Of a stretch of DNA of 60,784 nt, positions 9,593 to 19,500 are shown piece by piece. The position numbers were made by a program, and so were the translations under genes. The notes under the pieces were generated by a model, which was not told where the DNA came from, searched no databases, and was given only the letters and a program-made list of their open reading frames with translations. The first letter of the stretch is position 1, and each line of letters begins with the position of its first letter. Origin of the DNA: Candidatus Micrarchaeota archaeon (GTDB taxonomy: Archaea; Micrarchaeota; Micrarchaeia; Norongarragalinales; SBBD01); the NCBI GenBank assembly GCA_043803465.1, contig JAZDKC010000074.1, positions 1 through 60,784 of the forward strand. The letters run 5' to 3'.

Positions 9593-10729
9593 CTATTTCT
9601 TTATCGGATCCTTCCTTAGCCGTTCCAGAACAGCTTTTATAATCAGGGGCCATGCGATCGTGGCATCATCGAGCACCTCGGACCACATCCCGCCCTCATC
9701 CTTGGGAACAAATTTGCCCCAGGAGACGCCTTCGGAGTAAGTGCAGCCGGAAAGCCCGCCCCAATGAACCGGCTCGGGGCAGATCCTAACAGCATACTGG
9801 AAACGCTTGAAATATTTCGATTTCTCGCCTAATGCCTTCTCCGGAACGCCCGCCTTGATCTGCCTGAAAAATGCCAGATCGAGATACGGCCCGACCTGCT
9901 GCGCCCAATTCCTGGGAACGCCGCCGCCAATGGTGAAAATGCCCAGGCGATCCGCCTTGTAAACGTTGTTCGCGTAATGCTCCAGGTCCTTCATGCCATC
10001 ATAAAGGTAGGGCGTTTTTCCGTAATATTTCCGCACGCGGTTGTAAGAGGCAAAATCCAACCCCATTTCCGAATCGGAAAAGGCCGGGATGTAGAAGGGC
10101 ACGTTCTTTTCGAATGCGGATTTCAGGATCCCCTTTCCCTCGAATTTATTATGAAGGAACTTTCCAAGCTCACGAGTGATTTCATGGCTTGCAATCGGCT
10201 CCTTCGGATCGAATGTTTCCAGCACATCCTTGAAAAGCACGAATGCCTCATCCAGATTTACCTCCAATTCGAGCGTGTCATAAACCCTATCGTAGCCCGC
10301 ATAATACAATTTCTTGTCATCCATGTTAGATTCATATTTGAAGTGCTTCATGCCGGCCGATTCAACAAAGCCATGAGCAACGAGAGCGCCTGTTGAAATT
10401 ACCGCATCCACCATTCCCTCATCGATCATTTTGCAGATTACAAGCCCCATCTTCGCGACTGTCATCGCTCCCGAGAGTGTGAGCACCTTGAAGCAGCGCT
10501 TGTCCCTGACCATAGCTTCGAGCACATCAGCTGCCTCGCCGAGATTGCGGCCGCCGAATGCCGTGCCCTTCATTCCGGTGACCATCTCATCAAAATCGCT
10601 AATCTTATCAAGGTCAAGCGGCACAACCGGCTTTAGATGATGCGAATAGCCCGTGCCAAGGCCGACGGAGTTGCGCGCCTTCGGATGCGTAAGGATGTTT
10701 TTTTCTTTTTTTGCCCCCACAGGAATCAA
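9593..10729 (-). CDS. dys: Deoxyhypusine synthase
   Basis: GGGVPRN, GGLSGCTYSEGVSWGK (active-site Lys), DATIAWP. Confidence 0.9.
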   Translation of the reverse strand: MIPVGAKKEKNILTHPKARNSVGLGTGYSHHLKPVVPLDLDKISDFDEMVTGMKGTAFGGRNLGEAADVLEAMVRDKRCFKVLTLSGAMTVAKMGLVICKMIDEGMVDAVISTGALVAHGFVESAGMKHFKYESNMDDKKLYYAGYDRVYDTLELEVNLDEAFVLFKDVLETFDPKEPIASHEITRELGKFLHNKFEGKGILKSAFEKNVPFYIPAFSDSEMGLDFASYNRVRKYYGKTPYLYDGMKDLEHYANNVYKADRLGIFTIGGGVPRNWAQQVGPYLDLAFFRQIKAGVPEKALGEKSKYFKRFQYAVRICPEPVHWGGLSGCTYSEGVSWGKFVPKDEGGMWSEVLDDATIAWPLIIKAVLERLRKDPIKK

Positions 10730-10839
10730 ACTTAGTAGGAGCCGCTGATTTTTATCTTTTTGGGTGGAATCGGGCCGGATTCATATTTTGAAAAAGCGCA
10801 CAAAAGCAAGCTTTTTAACCGGGGAGGGGGTTATGTATT

Positions 10840-11322
10840 TTGATGCCGATGGGATTCTCCCTTTTACTTTCATTCATGCCGCTCCTTGGGATAATCCAGA
10901 CCCTCGAGGACCTGGGGTTCGTGTTCAAATTGGTCGTCTTCTCCTATATGGTTTTTTGGCTGTATATGAACTTGCGCGAGAATCCCATTCTTTTCGGGAT
11001 GGGCGTGATCATCGCGTCATTCTTTACGCTGGTGCAGCCGCTGCCGACAATAATCCTTGTGGTGATATTCGTGATATTCTTCACGATGGGCTACCACTTG
11101 CAGTTCCTCATACAGTTCGGGCTCTACCCGCTGCTTAGGATATTCGGGATTGAAATGGAGCATCCCGAGATGATCGAACAGCAGAAGATACATGGGATAG
11201 AGCAGAAGCTTCGGAAGGGCTTGGAAATCTCGGATGAGGAGGAGAAATTCATGGAGGATTTGCACAAACGGGAGGCGACTTACCAAAAGAAGATGCAGGA
11301 AAGGATGATGAGATATTCTTAG
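10840..11322 (+). CDS. Membrane protein with charged C-terminal tail
   Basis: Several hydrophobic helices; first of three co-oriented small membrane ORFs. Confidence 0.7.
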   Translation: MMPMGFSLLLSFMPLLGIIQTLEDLGFVFKLVVFSYMVFWLYMNLRENPILFGMGVIIASFFTLVQPLPTIILVVIFVIFFTMGYHLQFLIQFGLYPLLRIFGIEMEHPEMIEQQKIHGIEQKLRKGLEISDEEEKFMEDLHKREATYQKKMQERMMRYS

Positions 11323-11615
11323 TGATAAACATGGAATACTTGGTCCTGGGAATCGTTGACGACATCATATTCTGGGTGCAGTTCCTATGGTGGCTATGGC
11401 TATTCGTGGTCGCATATTTCCTTTATGCTTGGGCTAGGGATCATCTGGGATTTTCCCCCCTGCTCACGCTTACAGTCGCAGGGATATTGATTTTTTACCT
11501 GGTGTTCGAGCACCCGATTTTTGGCAGCATGGGATTGTTGCTGTATGGCTTGATTTACGGCGGGCTCCTGTTCCTGTTGCCTTTGGTATTGCCGTTTTTC
11601 AAAAGGAGGCCATAA
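11322..11615 (+). CDS. Small membrane protein
   Basis: About 3 TM segments; overlaps upstream stop; LYxxxRxx.......xxGxxI pattern similar to the previous ORF. Confidence 0.65.
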   Translation: MINMEYLVLGIVDDIIFWVQFLWWLWLFVVAYFLYAWARDHLGFSPLLTLTVAGILIFYLVFEHPIFGSMGLLLYGLIYGGLLFLLPLVLPFFKRRP

Positions 11616-11656
11616 GCGCAAAAAGGAAGGCTTTAAATCCAAGGAAAAATAACAGA

Positions 11657-12040
11657 ATGGTGATCGTTATGGGTGAAGTCAGGGAAATACTTCGGGCGTA
11701 CAAGGTCGCGCATAAATACCGCGAGGAATGGTATAATGTCAAATGGCGCCTTGTTGTGGTTGCGCTTTCAGTGCTATTCATCTGCTTCGTTTACTGGTAC
11801 CTTAACAGTTACAAGCCGTACGCATACTTCATCGAGGAGTTTGGGTTCTTGCTAAGCGACCGGCTGTTCTACTGGTTCATGATCGGCGCATTGTTCGGGA
11901 TAATCTCAGTCGGGCTCATTTTCGAGGGCGAATTCCTTTTGGGCCTTAGGAATATTGCAAAGGAGATTAACCAAACGGAGAAGGCGCTTATTGAAAGGGG
12001 AAAGCCGCCGGCAAGGAAGCCATCTAAAAGGAAGAGATAA
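11657..12040 (+). CDS. Membrane protein (2 TM)
   Basis: Two hydrophobic segments and a basic tail. Confidence 0.65.
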   Translation: MVIVMGEVREILRAYKVAHKYREEWYNVKWRLVVVALSVLFICFVYWYLNSYKPYAYFIEEFGFLLSDRLFYWFMIGALFGIISVGLIFEGEFLLGLRNIAKEINQTEKALIERGKPPARKPSKRKR

Positions 12041-12123
12041 AACCCTTTGGATGGATAAATAGACTGTTTGCAAACTTTAAACAAACTAATCCGTTTTTTC
12101 AGGATTGTTTGGAGGAGATTATA

Positions 12124-13290
12124 ATGGCAGTGCAGTTTGAATTAGAGCAGGACAAGGCGCTTATTGTCAAAGATCTGATTTCCGTGCAGGCGCTCGATCG
12201 GGGATATTTCGGGAAGGAGTCGCCGCTAACCAAGGCGCACCTGATTTTAATGCCCGAGGAGGCGCTTTACCTGATGGATGTGAGGGGCGCAACAGCAATC
12301 CACAAGGGAAAAAACGTATCCTTCAACAGGGTGGCTAGGGAATTCATAAACAACAAGAAATTCCTTGCGCGCTATTTCTGCTATCGGGATTGGAGGGACA
12401 GGGGGATCATTGCAAGGCCAATCGAGGAGGCCAAGGAGAATTACGGAAGGAGCCCGGTTGTGAAATACCCCTCGAAGGATTTTGAGTCCCCGAAAGTGAA
12501 TAGCAAGGCGCTATTCTTTTCTGATGACCTGATGAGCATCATCGACGAGGATGAGGAAGGCAGATTGCTGTATGAGGCCAATTGGTTTGGGCAATACGGC
12601 ACCTACAAGGCAAAAAAGCATGGCAGGTATTTGAAATTGGATGCATACGAAACGCTGTTCCTGATGAAGCACGGGAACATGAAGGCGAACATCGGAGAGA
12701 AAAAAATCATCAAGGAGTGCATGAAGAGGAGGAGTGATTTCCTCGCATTATATGAAGTGTATGAGGATTGGAGGATGCGGGGTTTCGTGGTCAAAAGCGG
12801 CTTCAAATTCGGGACGCATTTCAGGCTGTATTTCCCGGGCGCAGCGCCAACTCTTGCAAATGAGGAGTGGATGCATTCGAAGCACGTGATCCATGTTTTT
12901 CCGAGGAGCGCAAAAATGCTGATTTCCGAGTGGAGCCGTGCTATCCGTGTTGCACATGGCGTGAAAAAAACATTCATTCTCGCGATACCGGGTGAGAAGA
13001 AGCAGGCTGCGGGGGAGCTCGATTTCGTGCTGTATCACCGGAAAAAGGGCGGGTTGATTGAGAATCCCAAGGAGGATAAGCCGAAATTTGTCATGCTTGC
13101 ACTTAGCGAGGAGGAGGAGATCGGCGGCGAGGAGCTTTCTGAATCCATCCAGAAATCAAAGAGCTTCGGCCTCGACCTGATACTTGCGATCTGCGATCGG
13201 GAGAGCAGCATAACCTATTACAGGGTTAAGCGCATCGAGCTGCCCAAATCGAAATATGAGTATTATGAGATTGAATGGAAGCAACCATAA
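12124..13290 (+). CDS. endA: tRNA splicing endonuclease, multi-unit (probable epsilon2 type)
   Basis: EEALYL / YETLFL units, Y.DWR.RG, KSGFKFGTHFRLY..H..VAHGVKK catalytic unit, C-terminal DRESSITYY; ~390 aa. Confidence 0.88.
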   Translation: MAVQFELEQDKALIVKDLISVQALDRGYFGKESPLTKAHLILMPEEALYLMDVRGATAIHKGKNVSFNRVAREFINNKKFLARYFCYRDWRDRGIIARPIEEAKENYGRSPVVKYPSKDFESPKVNSKALFFSDDLMSIIDEDEEGRLLYEANWFGQYGTYKAKKHGRYLKLDAYETLFLMKHGNMKANIGEKKIIKECMKRRSDFLALYEVYEDWRMRGFVVKSGFKFGTHFRLYFPGAAPTLANEEWMHSKHVIHVFPRSAKMLISEWSRAIRVAHGVKKTFILAIPGEKKQAAGELDFVLYHRKKGGLIENPKEDKPKFVMLALSEEEEIGGEELSESIQKSKSFGLDLILAICDRESSITYYRVKRIELPKSKYEYYEIEWKQP

Positions 13291-13433
13291 GACCCAAGGG
13301 GAGGACCCCCTAGTTCTTATCAACTGCCCAAACCCCCTAATTGAGTTGCAAACCTGAACCGCGGGGGAAGCATCCCCCTCAGTTTGAAGGTCTTCCGGAT
13401 CCCCCTCTAATTTGATTTGCAAACCTGAACCGC
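13288..13433 (-). repeat. Two GGGGG-hairpin units with a 17-bp direct repeat between convergent endA and purD
   Basis: TTGCAAACCTGAACCGC at 13346 and 13417; GGGGGA-TGCT-TCCCCC and GGGG-TCCT-CCCC stems. Confidence 0.75.
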
Positions 13434-13465
13434 TGATTATACGGTAAAGCTTTCGTTTGAGGGCA

Positions 13466-14809
13466 TCAGAATCTTTTGGCCCTGCTCCGGAGCTCGGCGA
13501 TGTGATTTATCCGCTTCCGTATCAGTTCCTTGGTACCAATGTCCTTGCGATGGAAAACAGGGCCCTTGACCTGCCTCATTGTATGCTCGGCGATCTGCTC
13601 CGCCTCTTCAATGGAATCCGCAATGCCGACGCACGCAACAGCGCGCGAGGAGCCCATCCGCAATTTCCATGGCGAGGCCTCATCAAATTCCTCGACTGCC
13701 CCCAAATAATATTTCACGGATGAATTTGCGAGCTCGGAAATGTCGACAATTTCGCCCTTCTTTGGATGTTCGGGGTAGCCTTCGGGCACCGCATATTTGC
13801 ATACGGTCGCCTTCTCCTCGAATTGCAATTTGATCCTGCTCAAATGGCCGTTGGCAGCGGCATCGCATACCTCCACAAAATCATTCTTCAGGATTGGGAG
13901 AATATTCATGATTTCGGGGTCGCCAAAGCGCGCGTTGTACTCGATCAGCTTCACGCCGTCTGCCGTAAGCATGAAGCCGCCATACATTATTCCCCGGAAA
14001 TATTCATTCAGTTCTTCCTTCAAGGCAAACGCAACCTTGTGAGTCATATGCTCCGCTTGATTCAGGTCCGCTTTTGTAAGAAAGGGGAGCAGATGGTTTG
14101 CAGCGGAGTATGAGCCCATGCCGCCGGTATTGGGCCCTTTGTCGCCATCGTAAGCGCGCTTGTGGTCCTGCACAATCGGCGGGGATAGGACCGTCCTGCC
14201 GTCGGTGAAAAATTGCACGCTGAACTCCTCGCCCTCTAGCCGCTTCTCGATCACCACCTTGCTCTTTGCATTCAGGATTTCCCCGCAATATTTCAGCGCC
14301 TCGTCGATGGTCTTCATGTGCTCGCCAAACACCCTCACCCCCTTGCCGCCTGTGAGGCCATCGGGCTTCACAACGAAATCCTTCAGGTAAATCATATAAT
14401 CCTTGATTCCATCAATCGAATCGAAAACCTTGTGCTCCGGGGAGCCCTCGATCTCATAGCGGTCCATCAAGTTCCTAGTGAAAGCCTTGCTGCTCTCGAG
14501 CCTCGCAAGCGATTTCTTCGGCCCGAACGAGGGGATCTCTAGCTCTGCGAGCACATCCGCAACCCCGATGGCTATCGCATAATCTGGGGAAATTATCGCG
14601 AGATCCGGCTTCACTTGCTTCGCGAAATTTTTCAATGAGGCGAAATCATCCAATTTCCCTAGGCAATGCGACTTTGAGCGCCGGATAACGGAAGGGTTGG
14701 GGCTCTGTATGTACGAGTAGAGGTCCGCGTCGGCGCTTTTTTCTATTGCTTCCGCAAGGCAATCCGCCCTTGCAGTGCTCCCAAGTGCGACAAGCAGGAC
14801 CTTTTTCAT
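13466..14809 (-). CDS. purD: Phosphoribosylamine-glycine ligase
   Basis: VVKPDGLTGGKGV, QDHKRAYDGDKGPNTGGMGSYS, EYNARFGDPE. Confidence 0.95.
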   Translation of the reverse strand: MKKVLLVALGSTARADCLAEAIEKSADADLYSYIQSPNPSVIRRSKSHCLGKLDDFASLKNFAKQVKPDLAIISPDYAIAIGVADVLAELEIPSFGPKKSLARLESSKAFTRNLMDRYEIEGSPEHKVFDSIDGIKDYMIYLKDFVVKPDGLTGGKGVRVFGEHMKTIDEALKYCGEILNAKSKVVIEKRLEGEEFSVQFFTDGRTVLSPPIVQDHKRAYDGDKGPNTGGMGSYSAANHLLPFLTKADLNQAEHMTHKVAFALKEELNEYFRGIMYGGFMLTADGVKLIEYNARFGDPEIMNILPILKNDFVEVCDAAANGHLSRIKLQFEEKATVCKYAVPEGYPEHPKKGEIVDISELANSSVKYYLGAVEEFDEASPWKLRMGSSRAVACVGIADSIEEAEQIAEHTMRQVKGPVFHRKDIGTKELIRKRINHIAELRSRAKRF

Positions 14810-14857
14810 ATCAACCCACAATAATAATTACCGGCTAAACCTTTTTAACCAAAATGT

Positions 14858-16462
14858 TCATGCGATGTCCTTCCTATCAGCTGCTTGGGAGGATTTCCGG
14901 CCCTCTTCCTCCTCCGCCTTCACGATTTTCCTCTGCACTTCCTTCAGCTGGTTAAGGTAGTCCCTTTGCGCATTCCTAAGCGCCTGCTCTATATCAGTAA
15001 TGTGATGCTCCAGCTTAATGAGGGACATGTCGAATGTGATGAGCTTTTCGTTCACGGATTTCTGGTAGTTCGAAAGGTCGTTCCGGGTCAGGGCATTCGC
15101 GGAATGGGTCTTGATTGAATAAACCTCCTTCACCAAATCCCGTATCACGGCAGTATTGTCCTGCACATCAGAAACATATGCGTCGAGCTTCCTGTTCACT
15201 TTGGTCGCAGCCTCGTCGCCCCTCGACTCCAGCACCTTGAGCCTTTTTTCGAGTTCTGAGGACTTATCCTGCATCTTCCCCGCCCCGGTTTCCATTGCGG
15301 CAAGTTCCTTCCTGTTTTTGTCCGTTTGGGTTTTCAGGGGGTCCAGGTCCTTAATTTCAACAGCGATTTCCTCAATCATCTTTTTGTCGGATTGCCAGCG
15401 CTCGAGCCAACCCTCCAGCTTTGAGATCCGGGAATCAAAATCCTTCTTGTATACCGCGCTCTCGGATGAGATCATCTTCTCCAGCTCCTGGCGCATGCCA
15501 TCTATTTTTGCCTTCGCCTCCTCTGCGGTTGCGATTTTTTGGAGTATTTCCTTCTTGCCCTCCTCGACCTTATCCATGAGCTCATTTTGGATGTCCTCCT
15601 TCGCCATCCCCGCTTTTTCAATTGATTTGTCGACCTCGATTATTTTCTCATCAAGCTGATTGCCGTATTCCTTCAGATCGTTCTTGAATTTTAGAAAATC
15701 GGATTTGCTGGCCGCGCTCTCGATCTTCACCTTGAAAACATTGAATTCCTTCGAGATGTCCTTGAATTCACCATCGAGCTCCTTGAGCCTGTCGAACACC
15801 TTCTGGTATTCGTAGAAATGCTGCTGGAATTCGGCGAACATCGCCTCGACCTTGTCGGCGCGCTGCTCCATCTTTCCCTGCACCTGCATGGCGGTTGAAA
15901 GTTCCTCGCGCACCTCCTCGTTCAATTTCATGATGGTGTCCGCGCCCCGGATCGCCTCGGTGCGCTGGCGCAAATCCTTCAATTCCGAAACGAGCTTCTG
16001 CTGCATTGCGGAGAATTTCTCATCAACGGCCTGCTGTTCCTCGAGCTTCAGCTCTATTTTCTTTACAGCCTGCATCAGCCTCTCGGGCTGCACCATCGAA
16101 ATCAGTTCGGTTGCCTTCTCGGCCTGCATCTTGATGGTCGCGGCATCCCTTTCCGAATCAAGCACGGTTGCACGGATCTCGCCAATCTGCTCGGAAATTT
16201 TCGTGAACCGCTCGTCGGAAACCTGCTTTGCCTGCTTGATAAGTTCTATTTGCACTTTCAAAAGTTCCACATCCCGCTCCATCCGCACGAGATCCTTGTC
16301 CGCAGCCCCATATGGTTGCCGGCGGGATGAAGCCTCATCCGATTCGCGCGACTTTGCATCCTCCTCGTATTTTTCCTCGGAGGATTTCATCATCAGGTCC
16401 TCCTTCGCCTGCAGCTCCTCCTCTGTCGGCTCTTTTTTGAAAACCTTGTCAAATACCCCCAT
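14858..16462 (-). CDS. Long coiled-coil protein
   Basis: E/K/L-rich heptads over ~500 aa, no ATPase motif; MGVFDKVFKK amphipathic N-terminus. Confidence 0.8.
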   Translation of the reverse strand: MGVFDKVFKKEPTEEELQAKEDLMMKSSEEKYEEDAKSRESDEASSRRQPYGAADKDLVRMERDVELLKVQIELIKQAKQVSDERFTKISEQIGEIRATVLDSERDAATIKMQAEKATELISMVQPERLMQAVKKIELKLEEQQAVDEKFSAMQQKLVSELKDLRQRTEAIRGADTIMKLNEEVREELSTAMQVQGKMEQRADKVEAMFAEFQQHFYEYQKVFDRLKELDGEFKDISKEFNVFKVKIESAASKSDFLKFKNDLKEYGNQLDEKIIEVDKSIEKAGMAKEDIQNELMDKVEEGKKEILQKIATAEEAKAKIDGMRQELEKMISSESAVYKKDFDSRISKLEGWLERWQSDKKMIEEIAVEIKDLDPLKTQTDKNRKELAAMETGAGKMQDKSSELEKRLKVLESRGDEAATKVNRKLDAYVSDVQDNTAVIRDLVKEVYSIKTHSANALTRNDLSNYQKSVNEKLITFDMSLIKLEHHITDIEQALRNAQRDYLNQLKEVQRKIVKAEEEEGRKSSQAADRKDIA

Positions 16463-16471
16463 AATATCAAC

Positions 16472-16537
16472 TTACTTTAATGCTGCATTCGGATCAGGAT
16501 CAGTTTTGTCCAAAAAGGCCATGAACATATCCGCCAT
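16472..16537 (-). CDS. Possible 21-aa peptide MADMFMAFLDKTDPDPNAALK
   Basis: Open frame filling most of the gap between the giant gene and the coiled-coil gene; no homology evidence. Confidence 0.25.
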   Translation of the reverse strand: MADMFMAFLDKTDPDPNAALK

Positions 16538-16555
16538 CCCTTTTTTAAAAATAAT

Positions 16556-19500
16556 TTATGCGATGTCCTTCTTTTCCGCATCCGTCTTTGCATCCTTTCC
16601 GGCGGCTTCATCCGCTTTCTTTTCGCCCAAAATATCCCCGATCCCAAAATCCAGCATGTCAATCCGGGGAGAAGGCTTCTGGCCGGATTTCTTCCTCATG
16701 CTCTCTATCTTCTGCGACAGGGAGTCCAGGTATATTTCAACTATATTGAACGCCCCCTTCTTAACTTTATCCCTCGCGAGGTTGATTTCAAGCTCTAAAT
16801 CGAGCACATCATGGCCTTCCTGCCTAAGCTGCTCCATATCCGCCTCGAGCTTCTCGACCTTGTCATTATAGGTTTCGTATTGCGAGAGCTCCGTATCCGA
16901 AAGCCTCACAACATTGTGCAAAAGCGGCCTGAACGACACGAAGTACGGCTGGCCGTTGTTGTATTCGGAGTTCTGCACCATCCCCGAGCCGATGCTCTCC
17001 TTCACGATTGAGCGCGCCGAATCCTCCCCATATTTGAGCTTGAGCCTCTCCAGGTCGCCTTCGTATTTTGTTCGCATTTGGATTTCAGTTCCGATGTTGG
17101 CCTTGATTTCACCGACAAAATCGGAGAGCACCTGCGAAATAAGCAGCATGCCGACTCCCCACTTCCGGTATTCGCGGGCGCCCCTTTCAATCTGGATGAA
17201 GCCCTCGCCCCTGCCTCCGAATTTTGGAAGCAGGCGGTGAACCTCGTCGTATACGCAAAGCAGCTTCAATTGCGGGGATTCCGGAAGGCCCGCAGCAAAC
17301 ACCTGTTTGACGGTATTTGAAATGAAAGTTTCGTGATCCGCAAATGAAAGCTTGTTCATCACAAAAACGGTGATCTCGCCGGGCTTCATCAGTTTCTTGA
17401 TGTCTATTGCCATGTTAGGATCGCGAACAACGTAGATGTTGCCCTTGAACGCCTTCGCCTCATCCGTATTCATCCCGAAACGCCTGTAATTCAGGAGCAT
17501 GTCACGGTTCTTCTGGGCACGCAGGAAGCCGGTCCATTGCGCTGTCGGGTCGAAAACCAATACAGCAGTGTTCTTTTGCAGCGCCTCCTCGACAATCACC
17601 TGCGCCGCAACTGTTTTTCCGGAACCCGTTGCGCCAGCGATGAGGGTGTGCATCTGCAATTTGTCTATTGCGGCAAATGAGCGAACCTTTGTTTCGGCAA
17701 TAAGGCCCAGGAAGCCTGCACGCAGCCCTGGCTCGGGCAATTTGGTGAAGTCGACTTTCGCAACGTAGCGCCGCTTTGATTTCGTTACAGAATATTGGCG
17801 ATAATATGTGAAAATTGTTGCCAGCAATATGAGGAGCAGGGGAATGAATTGCCAGATTGAAATCATCCCAAACAGTTTGTTGCTCCAGAATGAGGTCTGC
17901 ACGCGCACGTAGGCTATTGCAGTGACGTCACGTTTTTTCAGGGTTTCGCCGACTGAATAATCGAATACGCCACGTATGACGAGCCTGCCAGTGTGCGCAT
18001 CGCTTGGGATCTTGATTGGCTTGATGCTATTATAGGTATTTTGCAATGTGATTTCCTCCTCTTGGGTCTGCTCCAGGACACTATCGGTAACCGGATCGAC
18101 CGCTTCCAAGTGGAAGATGCCTTTTATTTCGGACGCCTCGGCAAGATTGTAGATGTTTACCTCGACCCGAAGGGTTTCGCCGGGGTCGATTGTATCGACC
18201 AAAGGCTGAAGCCTCAAATCAAGCGAGCGCTCCTCCTTCCTGTCGAGCACCCGAACCGTTACCGGGATGGAAATCTTGCCAACCTCATTTTGGAGCTGCA
18301 ACTCCCCGTAATAGTTGCCGGTCTTGGCCTTATCCGGAATTGTGGCGAAGATCATCAGGTCTGTTTCATGCATCCTGTTGAGGCTGATCTGTTTTGAGCT
18401 CGCGGTTATGAAATCCCTTATGACACCGACAAGTGTTACGTTGATTTTCGAGGTCGCATTAAGCGTGTTCTTGATGTGCACGGAGGTTTGGCTGCTTTCG
18501 CCGGGGTAGAGCTCGAAAACTATGCTCTGCACGCCGGGCTCGAGGCCCATGTCCTTTGTCTTATTTTCCTGCAAAAGCTTTTTGAGCTCCTCAATCTGCT
18601 TGCTTACGTTATCCGTCGGGGCAGGAATGGGAGTTGGCGAGGCAGCCGGAGGCTGCGGAGGGGTATAGCCGCCGGTGCTGCCTACTGAGCCGCCGGATGG
18701 AGGATTGTAGGGAGGCAAGGTTGTGGGAGTGGGGGTCGGAACAGTGTATTGCACGAGCGCATACGCGACGGTCGTGTTGGCAAAAGCGGAAATCGTGCCA
18801 TTGATTGTGTTCCCGATGGTATTCAGGGAGGTGTTTTGCATCTGCGACCAGCTTTCCACGCAACTCCTTGATGCATACGTGTAGTTGTGGCAATTATAAA
18901 TGCGAAGCAGTGTTTCATCCGTAATAGTGGCCAGCAGGTCGGCATATTCAATTATCAGGGTGCCGTTCGTAGGCATGTTAGAAATTACCGCGAAGCCAGC
19001 TTTTGCGCCTAATATCTGCGAGGAAATATCCGAGCCCGAGAAGTTGTCGAGGGAGAGGAGGCTTTGGTTGATCGTGTTGAAATCCACCCTGTCCGCGGTG
19101 ACGTTATAGAATAGGAATTTGAGGTTGAGCTCGTACCATTTTGCCCTTAGTGATTTGTTGTAGGTACCGCTGCTATTTGTCGAGAATGCCTCATAATTGC
19201 TTTCAGAGGTATTGCGGACTGTGAAATTGACCACTATAGGATTGCCTTCGAGATTTGAAATTGTGCCGCTGAAAATGCGGGTCTCGTAGATTTCAAACGA
19301 CCCGGCAGAGGAATAATTCATGTTGCCGGTGGTGTCGTTAACGAAATAAACTAAAGAATAGTAGCCGAGGGCGGTTAAGTTGAACTGATTTGCAAACAGG
19401 TTGGTGCCGGGGTTGTACAGAAGCGTGTAGTTTGCCGCAGTAAGGTTGGGGAATGTGACCTGAACCGTTGCGTTTGCAAGTGCTAGGTTGTCGGTTGCGT

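Noticed and set aside
15156-16871. Long antisense ORFs (e.g. 15852-16871 +) and other shadow ORFs
   Set aside because: Ser/Phe-rich mirrors of E/K-rich genes on the opposite strand.
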